A DNA stretch of 64,000 nucleotides from contig JBBRBK010000003.1 of NCBI GenBank assembly GCA_038205935.1, positions 1-64,000 of the forward strand, in the 5' to 3' direction. The notes under the pieces were generated by a model. It saw only the letters and a program-made list of their open reading frames with translations. It did not search any database and was not told the DNA's origin. The DNA is from Campylobacterales bacterium. Its GTDB lineage: Bacteria > Campylobacterota > Campylobacteria > Campylobacterales > Sulfurimonadaceae. Below, piece after piece: positions 10,400 through 19,419 of this stretch; position 1 is the stretch's first letter; each line of letters begins with the position of its first letter. Position numbers and translations under genes: made by a program.

Positions 10400-13300
10400 C
10401 TACTGTTTTGCCCACTTTCTTCTCAAGTCTAAAGTATTTGGATATTCCAGACTTTGTGCAACTTCTTGAAAATAGAAACGTTTTGTTTCTTTACTTTTTT
10501 CTTTTGTAACAACAGCACGTTTTGCACCATTTACTTCGATAAGACTTTGTTGCACAACCGCTGAAGAGATATATTCGATCTCGCCTTGAGAGTGATTGAA
10601 ATCCCAAAAACGGCTTATACGTCTTGATTCTGCTTCATAACTATTTACCGGAAAACTATCATACGTACGTCCACCAGGATGTGAAACATGATAAGTCATC
10701 CCGCCGATTGAGCGTTGGTTCCAAGTGTCTACGACATCAAAAACAAGCGGCGTATCTACACCGATAGTCGGATGTAGTGCTGACCATGGCTGCCATGCTT
10801 TGTATTTGATACCAGCAACAAACTCGCCTTCCACTCCTGTAAAACTCAGAGGAATCTTCACACCGTTACATGTAAGCACATAACGCTCAGGTACAAAGTG
10901 ATTTACCTTCACTTGAACACGCTCTAAGGATGAATCAACATAACGCGCTGTCCCTTGAGAAGAGCTTTCTTCGCCTAAAACATGCCAAGGCTCGATAGCC
11001 GCGCGAAGTTCAAGATGGAAGTTTTCAACTGTCGCCATTCCATATAATGGAAATCTAAACTCAAAAAATGGATCAAACCAGTCAAGTTGGAATGGATAGC
11101 CTTCGTTATTTAAAAACTCGACAATATCTCTGATATCTTCTTTAACATAATGTTCCAAAAGAAATTTGTCATGGAGCTGAGTTCCCCAACGTACAAGTTT
11201 ATGTTTATATGGTTTTTTCCAGAAAAGCGACACTAAAGTACGCACAAGCAACATCTGCAAAAGTGCCATATGCTGGTGAGGCGGCATATCAAAAGCACGA
11301 AGTTCTAAAATCCCTAATCTTCCTGTACTAGAATCTGGAGAATAGAGTTTATCTATACAAAACTCGCTTCTATGCGTATTTCCAGTGATGTCTGTAAGCA
11401 TATGACGGAAAAGTCTGTCTGTCAACCAAAAAGGCACTTCTTCATTTAAAGGAATCTGAGAAAATGCGATCTCAAGCTCATAAAGGTTTTCTAACCTTCC
11501 CTCATCCACGCGAGGCGCTTGAGAAGTCGGCCCAATAAACGCTCCCGAAAATAGATAGGAAAGTCCCGGATGGTGCTGCCAAAAAGTAAGTAAACTTCGA
11601 AGCAGATCAGGACGGCGAAGAAGCGCACTGTCTTCAGGTTTTAGTGCTCCGATGGTGACGTGATTTCCTCCACCTGTTCCTGTGTGCTTGCCATCGAGCA
11701 TAAACTTTTCAGTTCCCAAACGTGATTCTCTTGCATCATCATACAATTGAAAAAGGTTACATGTAAGGTCTTTCCAAGAAGTCGCAGGCTGGATATTAAC
11801 CTCTATAACTCCTGGATCTGGCGTAACTTTGATACGGTCAATTCTAAGATCGTGTGCTGGCTCATACCCTTCTAAAACTACTTTGATGTCAAGTTTTTTT
11901 GCAACCTCTTCGATACAAACCATCAGATCTAAAAACGCTTGAGTATGGTTTAGTGGTGGTAAAAAGATACAAAGTTTTCCATCGCGTATTTCGATATTGA
12001 GGGCTGTTCTTACAAAGATCTTATCTTGTGCATCTTTTGTTTTTACCATCTTCTCATATCGAGTGCGTGCATCTTTTCTAAGTTTTTCAAAGCCCGGAAC
12101 ATCGGCAAAAAGATCTGGTTCAAAATGAAGCGGTAGTTCCTCTTTTGGTTTTTGCGCCAAAGAATCCATCGGAAGTCTTAAACCTAAAGGTGAGTTCCCC
12201 GGAATTAAAAAGAGTTCTCCACGTCTAAATTCCCATCCAGAACTTACCCATTTTTTTTCACCAAAGTTGAGTGGAAGGACATAACCTATCTCGCTATTGA
12301 GCCCTTGAGAAAGTACTTTCGCGATATTTTGACGTTCTAGCGAATCTTTGAGATCTACTTTCATAGCATCCACATCTATAGGCAACTGTGATTCTTTCAT
12401 AATGTAATAATATGGATCTTCATAGGCTTTTACAACATTTTTAGGACTAATCCCAAGCATCAAAGCAAGCGTATCTATAAACTTAATCGCATCTTTATTT
12501 GTGTATGTGTAAGTCTCATTCATATCTGCAAAAAGCGCGGGATCTTTCCAGATTTGCTTGCCATCTTTTCTCCAGATGATAGATGTCTGCCATCTTGGAA
12601 TCGGCTCTCCTGGATACCATTTTCCTTGCGCATAATGAAGAAGTCCCCCTTTTGTGAATGAGCTTAAAAGTCTACGAGAGAGCTTATCTGCAAGTTCTCT
12701 CTTATGTTCTCCATCAGCATCGGTGTTCCACTCGGGAGATTCCATATCATCGATAGAAACGAAAGTCGGCTCACCTCCCATAGAAAGACGAACATCATTT
12801 TCTTCTAACTCTTTATCAACCTCAAATCCAAGATTGTAGATAGCATTCCACTGATCTTCGCGGTAAGGTTTTGTTACACGCGGAGATTCGAAAATACGAG
12901 TTACTGTGTTTGAATATTCAAACTCAACTTCTGCTTTATCTCCAAGTCCTTCAATCGCGTGAGCACTCTCAAAAGACGGCGTACATGCAAGAGGAATATG
13001 CCCCTCACCTGCGAAAAGTCCGCTTGTAGCGTCTAGCCCTATCCAGCCAGCACCGGGAATATAAACCTCCGTCCATGCATGAAGATCTGTAAAATCCTCT
13101 TCAGGACCGCTAGCACCATCAAGCGACTTAATATCAGCCTTAAGTTGCACAAGGTAACCCGATACAAAGCGTGCCGCTAGACCTAGATGACGTAAAACTT
13201 GAACAAAAAGCCAAGCATAATCGCGACAACTTCCGAGTTTATTGCCAAGGGTGATTTCACAGGTTTGCACACCCGGTTCCATACGGATAGTGTAATTCAA

Positions 13301-13765
13301 ATATTTATAAATTTCTGTATTTAAGTAGACTAAAAAGTCATTGATTGGGCGTTCTTTGAGATCAAGTGTTTTTAAAAACTCTTTTAACTTTTTGCCGTTG
13401 TCTGTGATTTCAAGGTAAGGACTAAGCTCTTTTTTGAGCTCATCTTTATACTCAAACGGATAATTGGTTGCATATTCATCCACAAAAAAGTCAAATGGAT
13501 TGATAGTAATTAAATCTGCGATAATCTCAACATCGATCCCAAATTCTTTGACTTTTTCAGGAAAAACAATGCGTGCAAGATAGTTTCCAAAAGGGTCTTG
13601 TTGCCAATTTAAAAAATGCTCTTTTGGCGTAATATTTAATGAATAGCTCTCAATTGGTGTTCTACTATGAGGAGCTGGGCGCAATCTTATGATATGTGGA
13701 GACAAAGAAATATATCTATCGTATTTATAGTGAGTCTTGTGCGAAATAACAACTTTCAGTGCCAT
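10400..13765 (-). CDS. Transglutaminase domain + DUF2126 putative amidoligase fusion
   Basis: GSCRDYAW, DLHAWTE, MGGEPTFVS, TPDPGVIEVN, GTGGGNHVT, ELRAFDMPPH. Confidence 0.92.
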   Translation of the reverse strand: MALKVVISHKTHYKYDRYISLSPHIIRLRPAPHSRTPIESYSLNITPKEHFLNWQQDPFGNYLARIVFPEKVKEFGIDVEIIADLITINPFDFFVDEYATNYPFEYKDELKKELSPYLEITDNGKKLKEFLKTLDLKERPINDFLVYLNTEIYKYLNYTIRMEPGVQTCEITLGNKLGSCRDYAWLFVQVLRHLGLAARFVSGYLVQLKADIKSLDGASGPEEDFTDLHAWTEVYIPGAGWIGLDATSGLFAGEGHIPLACTPSFESAHAIEGLGDKAEVEFEYSNTVTRIFESPRVTKPYREDQWNAIYNLGFEVDKELEENDVRLSMGGEPTFVSIDDMESPEWNTDADGEHKRELADKLSRRLLSSFTKGGLLHYAQGKWYPGEPIPRWQTSIIWRKDGKQIWKDPALFADMNETYTYTNKDAIKFIDTLALMLGISPKNVVKAYEDPYYYIMKESQLPIDVDAMKVDLKDSLERQNIAKVLSQGLNSEIGYVLPLNFGEKKWVSSGWEFRRGELFLIPGNSPLGLRLPMDSLAQKPKEELPLHFEPDLFADVPGFEKLRKDARTRYEKMVKTKDAQDKIFVRTALNIEIRDGKLCIFLPPLNHTQAFLDLMVCIEEVAKKLDIKVVLEGYEPAHDLRIDRIKVTPDPGVIEVNIQPATSWKDLTCNLFQLYDDARESRLGTEKFMLDGKHTGTGGGNHVTIGALKPEDSALLRRPDLLRSLLTFWQHHPGLSYLFSGAFIGPTSQAPRVDEGRLENLYELEIAFSQIPLNEEVPFWLTDRLFRHMLTDITGNTHRSEFCIDKLYSPDSSTGRLGILELRAFDMPPHQHMALLQMLLVRTLVSLFWKKPYKHKLVRWGTQLHDKFLLEHYVKEDIRDIVEFLNNEGYPFQLDWFDPFFEFRFPLYGMATVENFHLELRAAIEPWHVLGEESSSQGTARYVDSSLERVQVKVNHFVPERYVLTCNGVKIPLSFTGVEGEFVAGIKYKAWQPWSALHPTIGVDTPLVFDVVDTWNQRSIGGMTYHVSHPGGRTYDSFPVNSYEAESRRISRFWDFNHSQGEIEYISSAVVQQSLIEVNGAKRAVVTKEKSKETKRFYFQEVAQSLEYPNTLDLRRKWAKQ

Positions 13766-13920
13766 GGCGTCTCCTAATATATTTTAATTTAATGAACGAT
13801 TATAACATTAAACACTGAATTTTAAATCTCTCTAAAAGAATAAAATTGTTTCATTTTTATACAATTTTATTCAAAAATTTTATATATAATGCTTCAATTT
13901 TAAAATTACAAAGGACGAAT

Positions 13921-14256
13921 ATGAAAAAATTCACTCTCTCTGCTTTATTGTTAATGGCTATGATGTTTTTTGGAGCATCATCAGTAAGTGCAGCTGACAT
14001 GAAATGTGGCGCATCAATGAAATGCGGTGCTTCTATGAAATGTGGCGCGGCTATGAAAAAAGGATGTGACACTAAGGCTTGTCCATATCCAAACTGTGCG
14101 GCTAAAAAAGATCCAAAAGCAAAATGTGATTGTAATGCTACAGGAAAAATGAAGTGTGGCGCTAACATGAAGTGTGGCGCAAAAATGAAAGCTGACATGA
14201 AATGTGGAGCGAATATGAAAGATGTGCCTGCAAAAAAATGTGGTGCAAATAACTAG
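13921..14256 (+). CDS. Secreted small Cys/Met-rich protein with MKCGA repeats
   Basis: ATG 13921 after AAGGA; Sec-type signal peptide; seven KCG motifs. Confidence 0.85.
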   Translation: MKKFTLSALLLMAMMFFGASSVSAADMKCGASMKCGASMKCGAAMKKGCDTKACPYPNCAAKKDPKAKCDCNATGKMKCGANMKCGAKMKADMKCGANMKDVPAKKCGANN

Positions 14257-14265
14257 TTAAATGCT

Positions 14266-14300
14266 TACATGTAGTAAAGCTTTTTGCTGCATGTAGTTTC
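14266..14300 (+). terminator. Hairpin terminator with TACATGTA-derived arms
   Basis: TACATGTAGTAAA-GCTT-TTTGCTGCATGTA followed by T-rich tract. Confidence 0.6.
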
Positions 14301-14413
14301 TTCTTCGTGGTAGACTTTTGTATTCCTTTACCAGCCCACCCTATTTTTACTTTGACTTTAAATCTTATTTAACACTTCATCCATTTTTGCATTTAAATAA
14401 AACTTTTTTAGAA

Positions 14414-14956
14414 TTATACCGCTACGCTAAGACTACTTCCACTTGATTGTGAATGACTCGTATTATATGCTGAGAGTACATTTTTCATCAATAACGATTG
14501 GAGACTATTTGTGCTTGATGTAGTTGATTGTGCTGTCGTACTGCTCGTTGCAGTTGGATCTTGTGATGCACTTGCTCCGCTTTGACTATGGTGATGATGA
14601 TGGTGATGAACACCGCTACTTTGTGATGATTGTTGCGCGCTATTTTCTAGGGCACTTATCAATTCGCTACTTGTGATATTTCCGTCTCCGTTAGCGTCGA
14701 GAGAGTTAAAAACTTTTTCCAGATTTGTAGCACTTGTATCTGTGTTCGCCGTTGCTGGATTTTGAGACAACTGTTGTGCAGCTGTGCTAAACTCAGTTTT
14801 GTCTATAGAACCGTCTTTGTTCGTATCTACAGATGTCATAAGCTGATCGGCGAGCTGTTGCATTATAGTGCTAAAACTGCTTGAACTATTAACTGAATCT
14901 TGGTTTTGTGTGCTTAGTGTAGCAGAGTTCATCTGAGCTGTACTGTTGACTGTCAT
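14414..14956 (-). CDS. Ser/Thr/Gln-rich two-EF-hand protein with His7 tract (XopAW-like architecture)
   Basis: DTNKDGSIDKTE and DANGDGNITSSE EF-hands; HHHHHHH; no Sec signal; AAGGAG SD. Confidence 0.85.
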   Translation of the reverse strand: MTVNSTAQMNSATLSTQNQDSVNSSSSFSTIMQQLADQLMTSVDTNKDGSIDKTEFSTAAQQLSQNPATANTDTSATNLEKVFNSLDANGDGNITSSELISALENSAQQSSQSSGVHHHHHHHSQSGASASQDPTATSSTTAQSTTSSTNSLQSLLMKNVLSAYNTSHSQSSGSSLSVAV

Positions 14957-15011
14957 GAATTTCTCCTTTTATAAAATCATCTATTCCAGATTGCAATAGA
15001 CAAATTCTACA

Positions 15012-15027
15012 AGCAATAATAGTGCCA
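15012..15027 (-). promoter_or_regulatory. Sigma-54 (-24/-12) promoter of the EF-hand gene
   Basis: Minus strand TGGCAC-TATTA-TTGCT, exact TGGCAC-N5-TTGC spacing, about 55 nt upstream of the ATG. Confidence 0.75.
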
Positions 15028-15122
15028 TCCATTTTTGTCCTAATTCATATCTTGTATTTAAAATGCTTTACAAATTTAAGTTACTTTTATTATAATTATC
15101 TTTACTATCAAAAGGATGATGT

Positions 15123-15704
15123 TTGAATCTTAAAACTCAGCTAGAAAACGATGCTCTTGAACTTCCTGAAAACTTTTTTCACCATGTACAAAAATATAAG
15201 GAACATCTCTTTAAATGGAACAAGATCCATAATCTCACCGGCGCAAAAGATGAAAAGACTTTGGATGAGTTTATTTATGATGCTGTTTTACCTGTAAAGT
15301 TTTTACCACATGTTAAAACGCTGATGGATATTGGAACGGGCGCTGGTTTTCCGGGGATGATTTTAGCTTTTGCACTGCCAAATACGAAAGTCACTCTTGT
15401 AGAACCTTTAGCTAAGAGAGCGAGTTTTTTACAGTTCATTAAAGCTGATCTTGGGCTTGATAACGTAGAAGTGAAGATGTGCCGCGTGGAAGAGCTAGAA
15501 GATAGTAGCTTCGATATTATCACTTCTCGAGCGGTTACGGAAACAAAAATGCTGTTACAATTAAGTAAACCTTTTCGCCATGATGGCACGATGCTTCTTT
15601 TTTACAAAGGCGAAAAAGTTTATGATGAAGTGGATGAGGGTTATGAGCATGAGGTTATCAAAGCGCATAACCGTCACTATCTTCTTATAAAAAATATAGA
15701 TTAG
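15123..15704 (+). CDS. rsmG: 16S rRNA m7G527 methyltransferase
   Basis: [25 protein letters not shown]. Confidence 0.95.
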   Translation: MNLKTQLENDALELPENFFHHVQKYKEHLFKWNKIHNLTGAKDEKTLDEFIYDAVLPVKFLPHVKTLMDIGTGAGFPGMILAFALPNTKVTLVEPLAKRASFLQFIKADLGLDNVEVKMCRVEELEDSSFDIITSRAVTETKMLLQLSKPFRHDGTMLLFYKGEKVYDEVDEGYEHEVIKAHNRHYLLIKNID

Positions 15705-15713
15705 GAATATGCC

Positions 15714-15932
15714 ATGTTAAAACTTCTTCTCGTCATCGCAGTTGTATGGGGTGTTTACCACTACTTTATCAAGAAAAAACCACTTTCTTCTTCACGTAAA
15801 GATTCACAAGAACTTGAAGATAACGATATGGTTCAGTGTTCTACATGTAAGATCTATGTAGAAGTCAACGAAGCGATCCTCTCAAATGGAAAATATTACT
15901 GTTCAAAAGAGTGTTTAAGGAATGCAAAATGA
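15714..15932 (+). CDS. PP0621-like small protein
   Basis: N-terminal TM; MVQCSTCKIY...YYCSKEC zinc-ribbon-like; usual position after rsmG in this phylum. Confidence 0.8.
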   Translation: MLKLLLVIAVVWGVYHYFIKKKPLSSSRKDSQELEDNDMVQCSTCKIYVEVNEAILSNGKYYCSKECLRNAK

Positions 15933-16321
15933 TATTCATTGGACACAGATTTTTAGCAAGCGAACATTTTTATCATATAGAAAGTATCTATTGTATTTCA
16001 AAAACTCCCTCAAATTCCACCATTTATTTAACTTTTGACGAAAATAATCTTGATATCATTGACCATCTGTTTACCCATAATATAAAATTTGCTTTACATG
16101 TAAAGAATGTAAAAGAGCTTGTTTATGCCCACGCACTCGGCGCCTTATACATAACTGTAGAAAAAGAATTAGCAAAAAATGCTCAACGTGTTGCAAACGA
16201 TTATCTTTTTGATGCTAAAATTTTGGCACACATAGATGATGAAGATGAGATCGAAGAACTCGCTCTTAATGGAGTCGATGGTGTTATATTTGCAAAGGGA
16301 ATAATAAAAATAAGCACATGA
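15929..16321 (+). CDS. Conserved hypothetical protein
   Basis: ATGA overlap with upstream gene; YLFDAKIL...GVDGVIF. Confidence 0.75.
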   Translation: MIFIGHRFLASEHFYHIESIYCISKTPSNSTIYLTFDENNLDIIDHLFTHNIKFALHVKNVKELVYAHALGALYITVEKELAKNAQRVANDYLFDAKILAHIDDEDEIEELALNGVDGVIFAKGIIKIST

Positions 16322-16878
16322 TAAAATTACTTACACTCTTAACATTTTTACTTCTACTTAGCGGTTGTTCGAAGCAGGTTTTATACCCCGCCAATTATCC
16401 AGGAATAACCCCTCAAGATTCAATCCAAACTTCTCAAATAACTCCAAACTCACAAGACCAAATCGCCCAAGATGATCAGAAATCTTCACTTTTAGATAAA
16501 CTCCACGCAGAATACAAAAAATGGCAAGACACTCCTTACAAATATGGAAGCACAGGACAAAACGGCACTGACTGTTCAGGTTTTGTACAAGCAATCTACA
16601 AAGAAGCTTTTGATATGGAAATTCCTAGAGACAGTAGCAATCAAGTGCTTAAAGGAATTGAAGTTTCAAGCTCTGAACTCCAACCGGGAGACTTAGTGTT
16701 TTTCAAAATAAATGCCCACCTCAGACATGTGGGAATCTATATTGGAAAAAATAGTTTTATGCATTCAGCTACAAAAGGTGGCGTTATGATTTCAAGTATG
16801 GATATGGGATACTGGAAGAAAAGATACTGGACTAGCAGAAGAATGTTGACAGAGGGGACATATACCGCTCAAAACTAA
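16318..16878 (+). CDS. NlpC/P60 family lipoprotein peptidase
   Basis: Lipobox LLSGC; PYKYG, DCSGF, PGDLVFF, HVGIY. Confidence 0.92.
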   Translation: MIKLLTLLTFLLLLSGCSKQVLYPANYPGITPQDSIQTSQITPNSQDQIAQDDQKSSLLDKLHAEYKKWQDTPYKYGSTGQNGTDCSGFVQAIYKEAFDMEIPRDSSNQVLKGIEVSSSELQPGDLVFFKINAHLRHVGIYIGKNSFMHSATKGGVMISSMDMGYWKKRYWTSRRMLTEGTYTAQN

Positions 16879-17241
16879 GCTCGTTTCAAAGAGTTGATAG
16901 TTACTCTTTGTACTAATATCACTCACAATCTTTCCAATATCAAATTCAATATCTGAAAACTCCCCACATTCTTGACACAGTAAATGCCCATGAGACTCTT
17001 TTACAATCTCAAATCTCGATTTTTGCTTTGGAATCTTTATCTCTGTTATTATTGAAGCGTTCATCATAGCATTGATATTTTTATACATCGTTGCAAGTGA
17101 AATAGATGCAAATTTTTCTTTTATCTGCAGATACAGATCATCCACATTAATGTGCCCTTTTTGATCCATAAGAGACAATATACCCAATCTTTGTGGCGTG
17201 ACTTTAAGTCCATGCCCACGTAATAAGTTTTCGTAATTCAT
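16792..17241 (-). CDS. Fur-family transcriptional regulator, probably PerR-like
   Basis: LKVTPQR, SLATMYKN, HGHLLCQECG, GICPLC; divergent from the peroxidase genes. Confidence 0.88.
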   Translation of the reverse strand: MNYENLLRGHGLKVTPQRLGILSLMDQKGHINVDDLYLQIKEKFASISLATMYKNINAMMNASIITEIKIPKQKSRFEIVKESHGHLLCQECGEFSDIEFDIGKIVSDISTKSNYQLFETSLVLSGICPLCQHSSASPVSFLPVSHIHT

Positions 17242-17393
17242 GTTGGAATTATAACTTTTAATATTTGAATATTTTGTAAATAAAGAATAATACTTTTATT
17301 TATATATAAAAATATCAAATAACAATGAAATAATATTAATGTTTAGATAACATAAAATTCGCTAAAATTTACAAAACACACAAGGAGTTTCAG

Positions 17394-17714
17394 ATGAAAC
17401 GTTTTACAATCGCTAGTTTATTAATCAGTAGTTCACTTATGGCCGCGATGGGTGCTAATATGCCTTCGTTTAATGATTTTGATACAAACAAAGATGGGAA
17501 AATCACTCAACAAGAGTTTGAATCTACGCAACAAGCAAGAATGCAACAAAAGGCAGAATCGGGAAAAATGATGAAAAATGCTGCAAATGCTCCTGCTTTC
17601 TCAGATATTGATACAAATGGTGATGGCGCAATCAGCAAAGATGAGTTTGCAAATCATCAAAAAAACAATATGATGAATAAAAGAAATCAAATGGGACAAG
17701 GCCAAAATAAATAA
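17394..17714 (+). CDS. Secreted EF-hand protein
   Basis: Signal peptide; DTNKDGKITQQE and DTNGDGAISKDE. Confidence 0.85.
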   Translation: MKRFTIASLLISSSLMAAMGANMPSFNDFDTNKDGKITQQEFESTQQARMQQKAESGKMMKNAANAPAFSDIDTNGDGAISKDEFANHQKNNMMNKRNQMGQGQNK

Positions 17715-17779
17715 CTATATCAAAAAGTCTCTATAATAGAAAAATCATTATTTAAGTGATCTTATATTAAACTTCTACA

Positions 17780-17798
17780 ATGGATAAAGATTATCCAT
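17780..17798. promoter_or_regulatory. Fur/PerR-box-like inverted repeat upstream of the peroxidase gene
   Basis: ATGGATAA-AGA-TTATCCAT, resembling the 7-1-7 Fur box. Confidence 0.55.
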
Positions 17799-17815
17799 AA
17801 CTTCAAGGAGAAAAA

Positions 17816-18829
17816 ATGAAAATAGCAATAATCAGTACAATCGTTGCCTCAGCGTTAATGGCGGCAACACCTCTAATGCAAGATGCTAAGAAAGCGGGAT
17901 TGATGCCGATTCCATCAAAGCAAAAAGAACTCAATAAACTTATAGATAATCCTAAAAATCCTATCACTTATGCAAAAGTCGAACTTGGGAAAAAACTTTT
18001 CTTTGATACAAGACTTTCAAAAAGTGGACTTATCAGCTGTAATACATGTCACAACCTTGGAACGGGTGGAGTTGATGGACTGCAAGCTGCTGTTGGACAT
18101 AAATGGTCTCAAAACCCTCACCATTTAAACTCACCGACTGTTTATAATGCAGTATTTTTTAGTTCTCAATTTTGGGATGGCCGTTCACCTGATGTTGAGA
18201 ACCAAGCGCAAGGACCAATCCAAGCAGCCCCTGAAATGGCAGCAACTCCCGAGCATATCGTTTCAGTTGTAACTTCTATGCCAGCCTATGTAGCAGAGTT
18301 TAAAAAAGCGTATGGTGACAAACCGATCACTTTTGAACTTGTAGCTGATACTATCGCTACTTTTGAACGTACTTTAGTAACGCCAGCACCTTATGATAAA
18401 TTTTTACAAGGTAATGACAAAGCATTAACTCCTGTTCAGAAAAAAGGTTTGAAAACTTTCATTGATCTTGGATGTACTTCTTGTCATACGGGAATCGCTT
18501 TAGGTGGAGAGATGCAAGCTTTTGGTGTTGTAGCTCCGTATAAATATGCTCATATTGGAGACTTTAAAGGAAATAAAGATGGAATGGTAAAAGTTCCAAC
18601 TCTAAGAAATATTACAGAGACTGCTCCATATTTTCATAATGGCGCGGTAGCGACTTTAAAAGAAGCAATACAAGAGATGGGACGTATCCAACTTGGTGCG
18701 ACTGTAACAGACGAGCAAGCATCTGATATCCAAGAGTTTTTCAAATCACTCGAAGGTAAAAAACCAACTATCGTTTATCCACAACTTCCGGCATGTAGCG
18801 CAACTACACCTAAGCCAGACATTAACTAG
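17816..18829 (+). CDS. Di-heme cytochrome c peroxidase
   Basis: Signal peptide; CNTCH and CTSCH; QFWDGR, VPTLRN, APYFHNG. Confidence 0.95.
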   Translation: MKIAIISTIVASALMAATPLMQDAKKAGLMPIPSKQKELNKLIDNPKNPITYAKVELGKKLFFDTRLSKSGLISCNTCHNLGTGGVDGLQAAVGHKWSQNPHHLNSPTVYNAVFFSSQFWDGRSPDVENQAQGPIQAAPEMAATPEHIVSVVTSMPAYVAEFKKAYGDKPITFELVADTIATFERTLVTPAPYDKFLQGNDKALTPVQKKGLKTFIDLGCTSCHTGIALGGEMQAFGVVAPYKYAHIGDFKGNKDGMVKVPTLRNITETAPYFHNGAVATLKEAIQEMGRIQLGATVTDEQASDIQEFFKSLEGKKPTIVYPQLPACSATTPKPDIN

Positions 18830-18846
18830 AGAGATTCTCTCTAGTT
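18824..18846. terminator. Bidirectional hairpin between convergent genes
   Basis: AACTAGAGAG-ATT-CTCTCTAGTT spanning both stop codons. Confidence 0.65.
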
Positions 18847-19419
18847 TTTACCACTGTTTATCATATTGGAAATAATTCCCTTTTCATCTCTTATATCAGC
18901 CACAATAACACCTATGATATGCAATGGTACAAAGTATAAGACTACTTGGTAAATATCTTCATGAAGATCTTTTATATTCTCTGCAGTCTCTTTTAACAGA
19001 CCTAATTCTTGATAGAAATGGACAACTAATCCGCTTAGGGCCATAAAGAAAAGTGCTGCATAGATAACTATGTATCCTGCACTTACGGCTTTATGATGAA
19101 GATCCAACTCTTTAAACTGGAAGCTTTGCTTGCCACTTTGTGTAAAAAATAGGACTATGCGGTAAACCACTAAAAACGCGAGTGCATAGCCCAAATAAAT
19201 ATGCCATTCCCACATTGGTGCACGGATAGCTTTTGCTACATCTTTGGCCTGATCCAGCGTGATAGTGACATCCATCGCTGAAAGCTTATCGAGTATGATC
19301 TGTGCATTTGTTTTATAGCTAAGGAAGCTCTTTCGAAGTAAAACTGTACCGATAAGCCCCATGATGACGATTGCGTTTGCCCAATGCCAAATTCTAAAAC
19401 TTCCACTGTATTTTTTCAT
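18841..19419 (-). CDS. Cytochrome b/b6-domain membrane protein
   Basis: RIWHW, WHIYLG, DLHE, LHIIGV heme-ligand histidines; ISNMING. Confidence 0.85.
   Translation of the reverse strand: MKKYSGSFRIWHWANAIVIMGLIGTVLLRKSFLSYKTNAQIILDKLSAMDVTITLDQAKDVAKAIRAPMWEWHIYLGYALAFLVVYRIVLFFTQSGKQSFQFKELDLHHKAVSAGYIVIYAALFFMALSGLVVHFYQELGLLKETAENIKDLHEDIYQVVLYFVPLHIIGVIVADIRDEKGIISNMINSGKN

Noticed and set aside
13857..14198. Antisense ORF with APHF repeats
   Set aside because: Shadow of the MKCG gene, which has the SD and signal peptide.
13996..14250. 18-nt periodic DNA repeats as a CRISPR array or VNTR
   Set aside because: They are coding repeats (MKCGAx) with synonymous variation and no unique spacers or cas genes.
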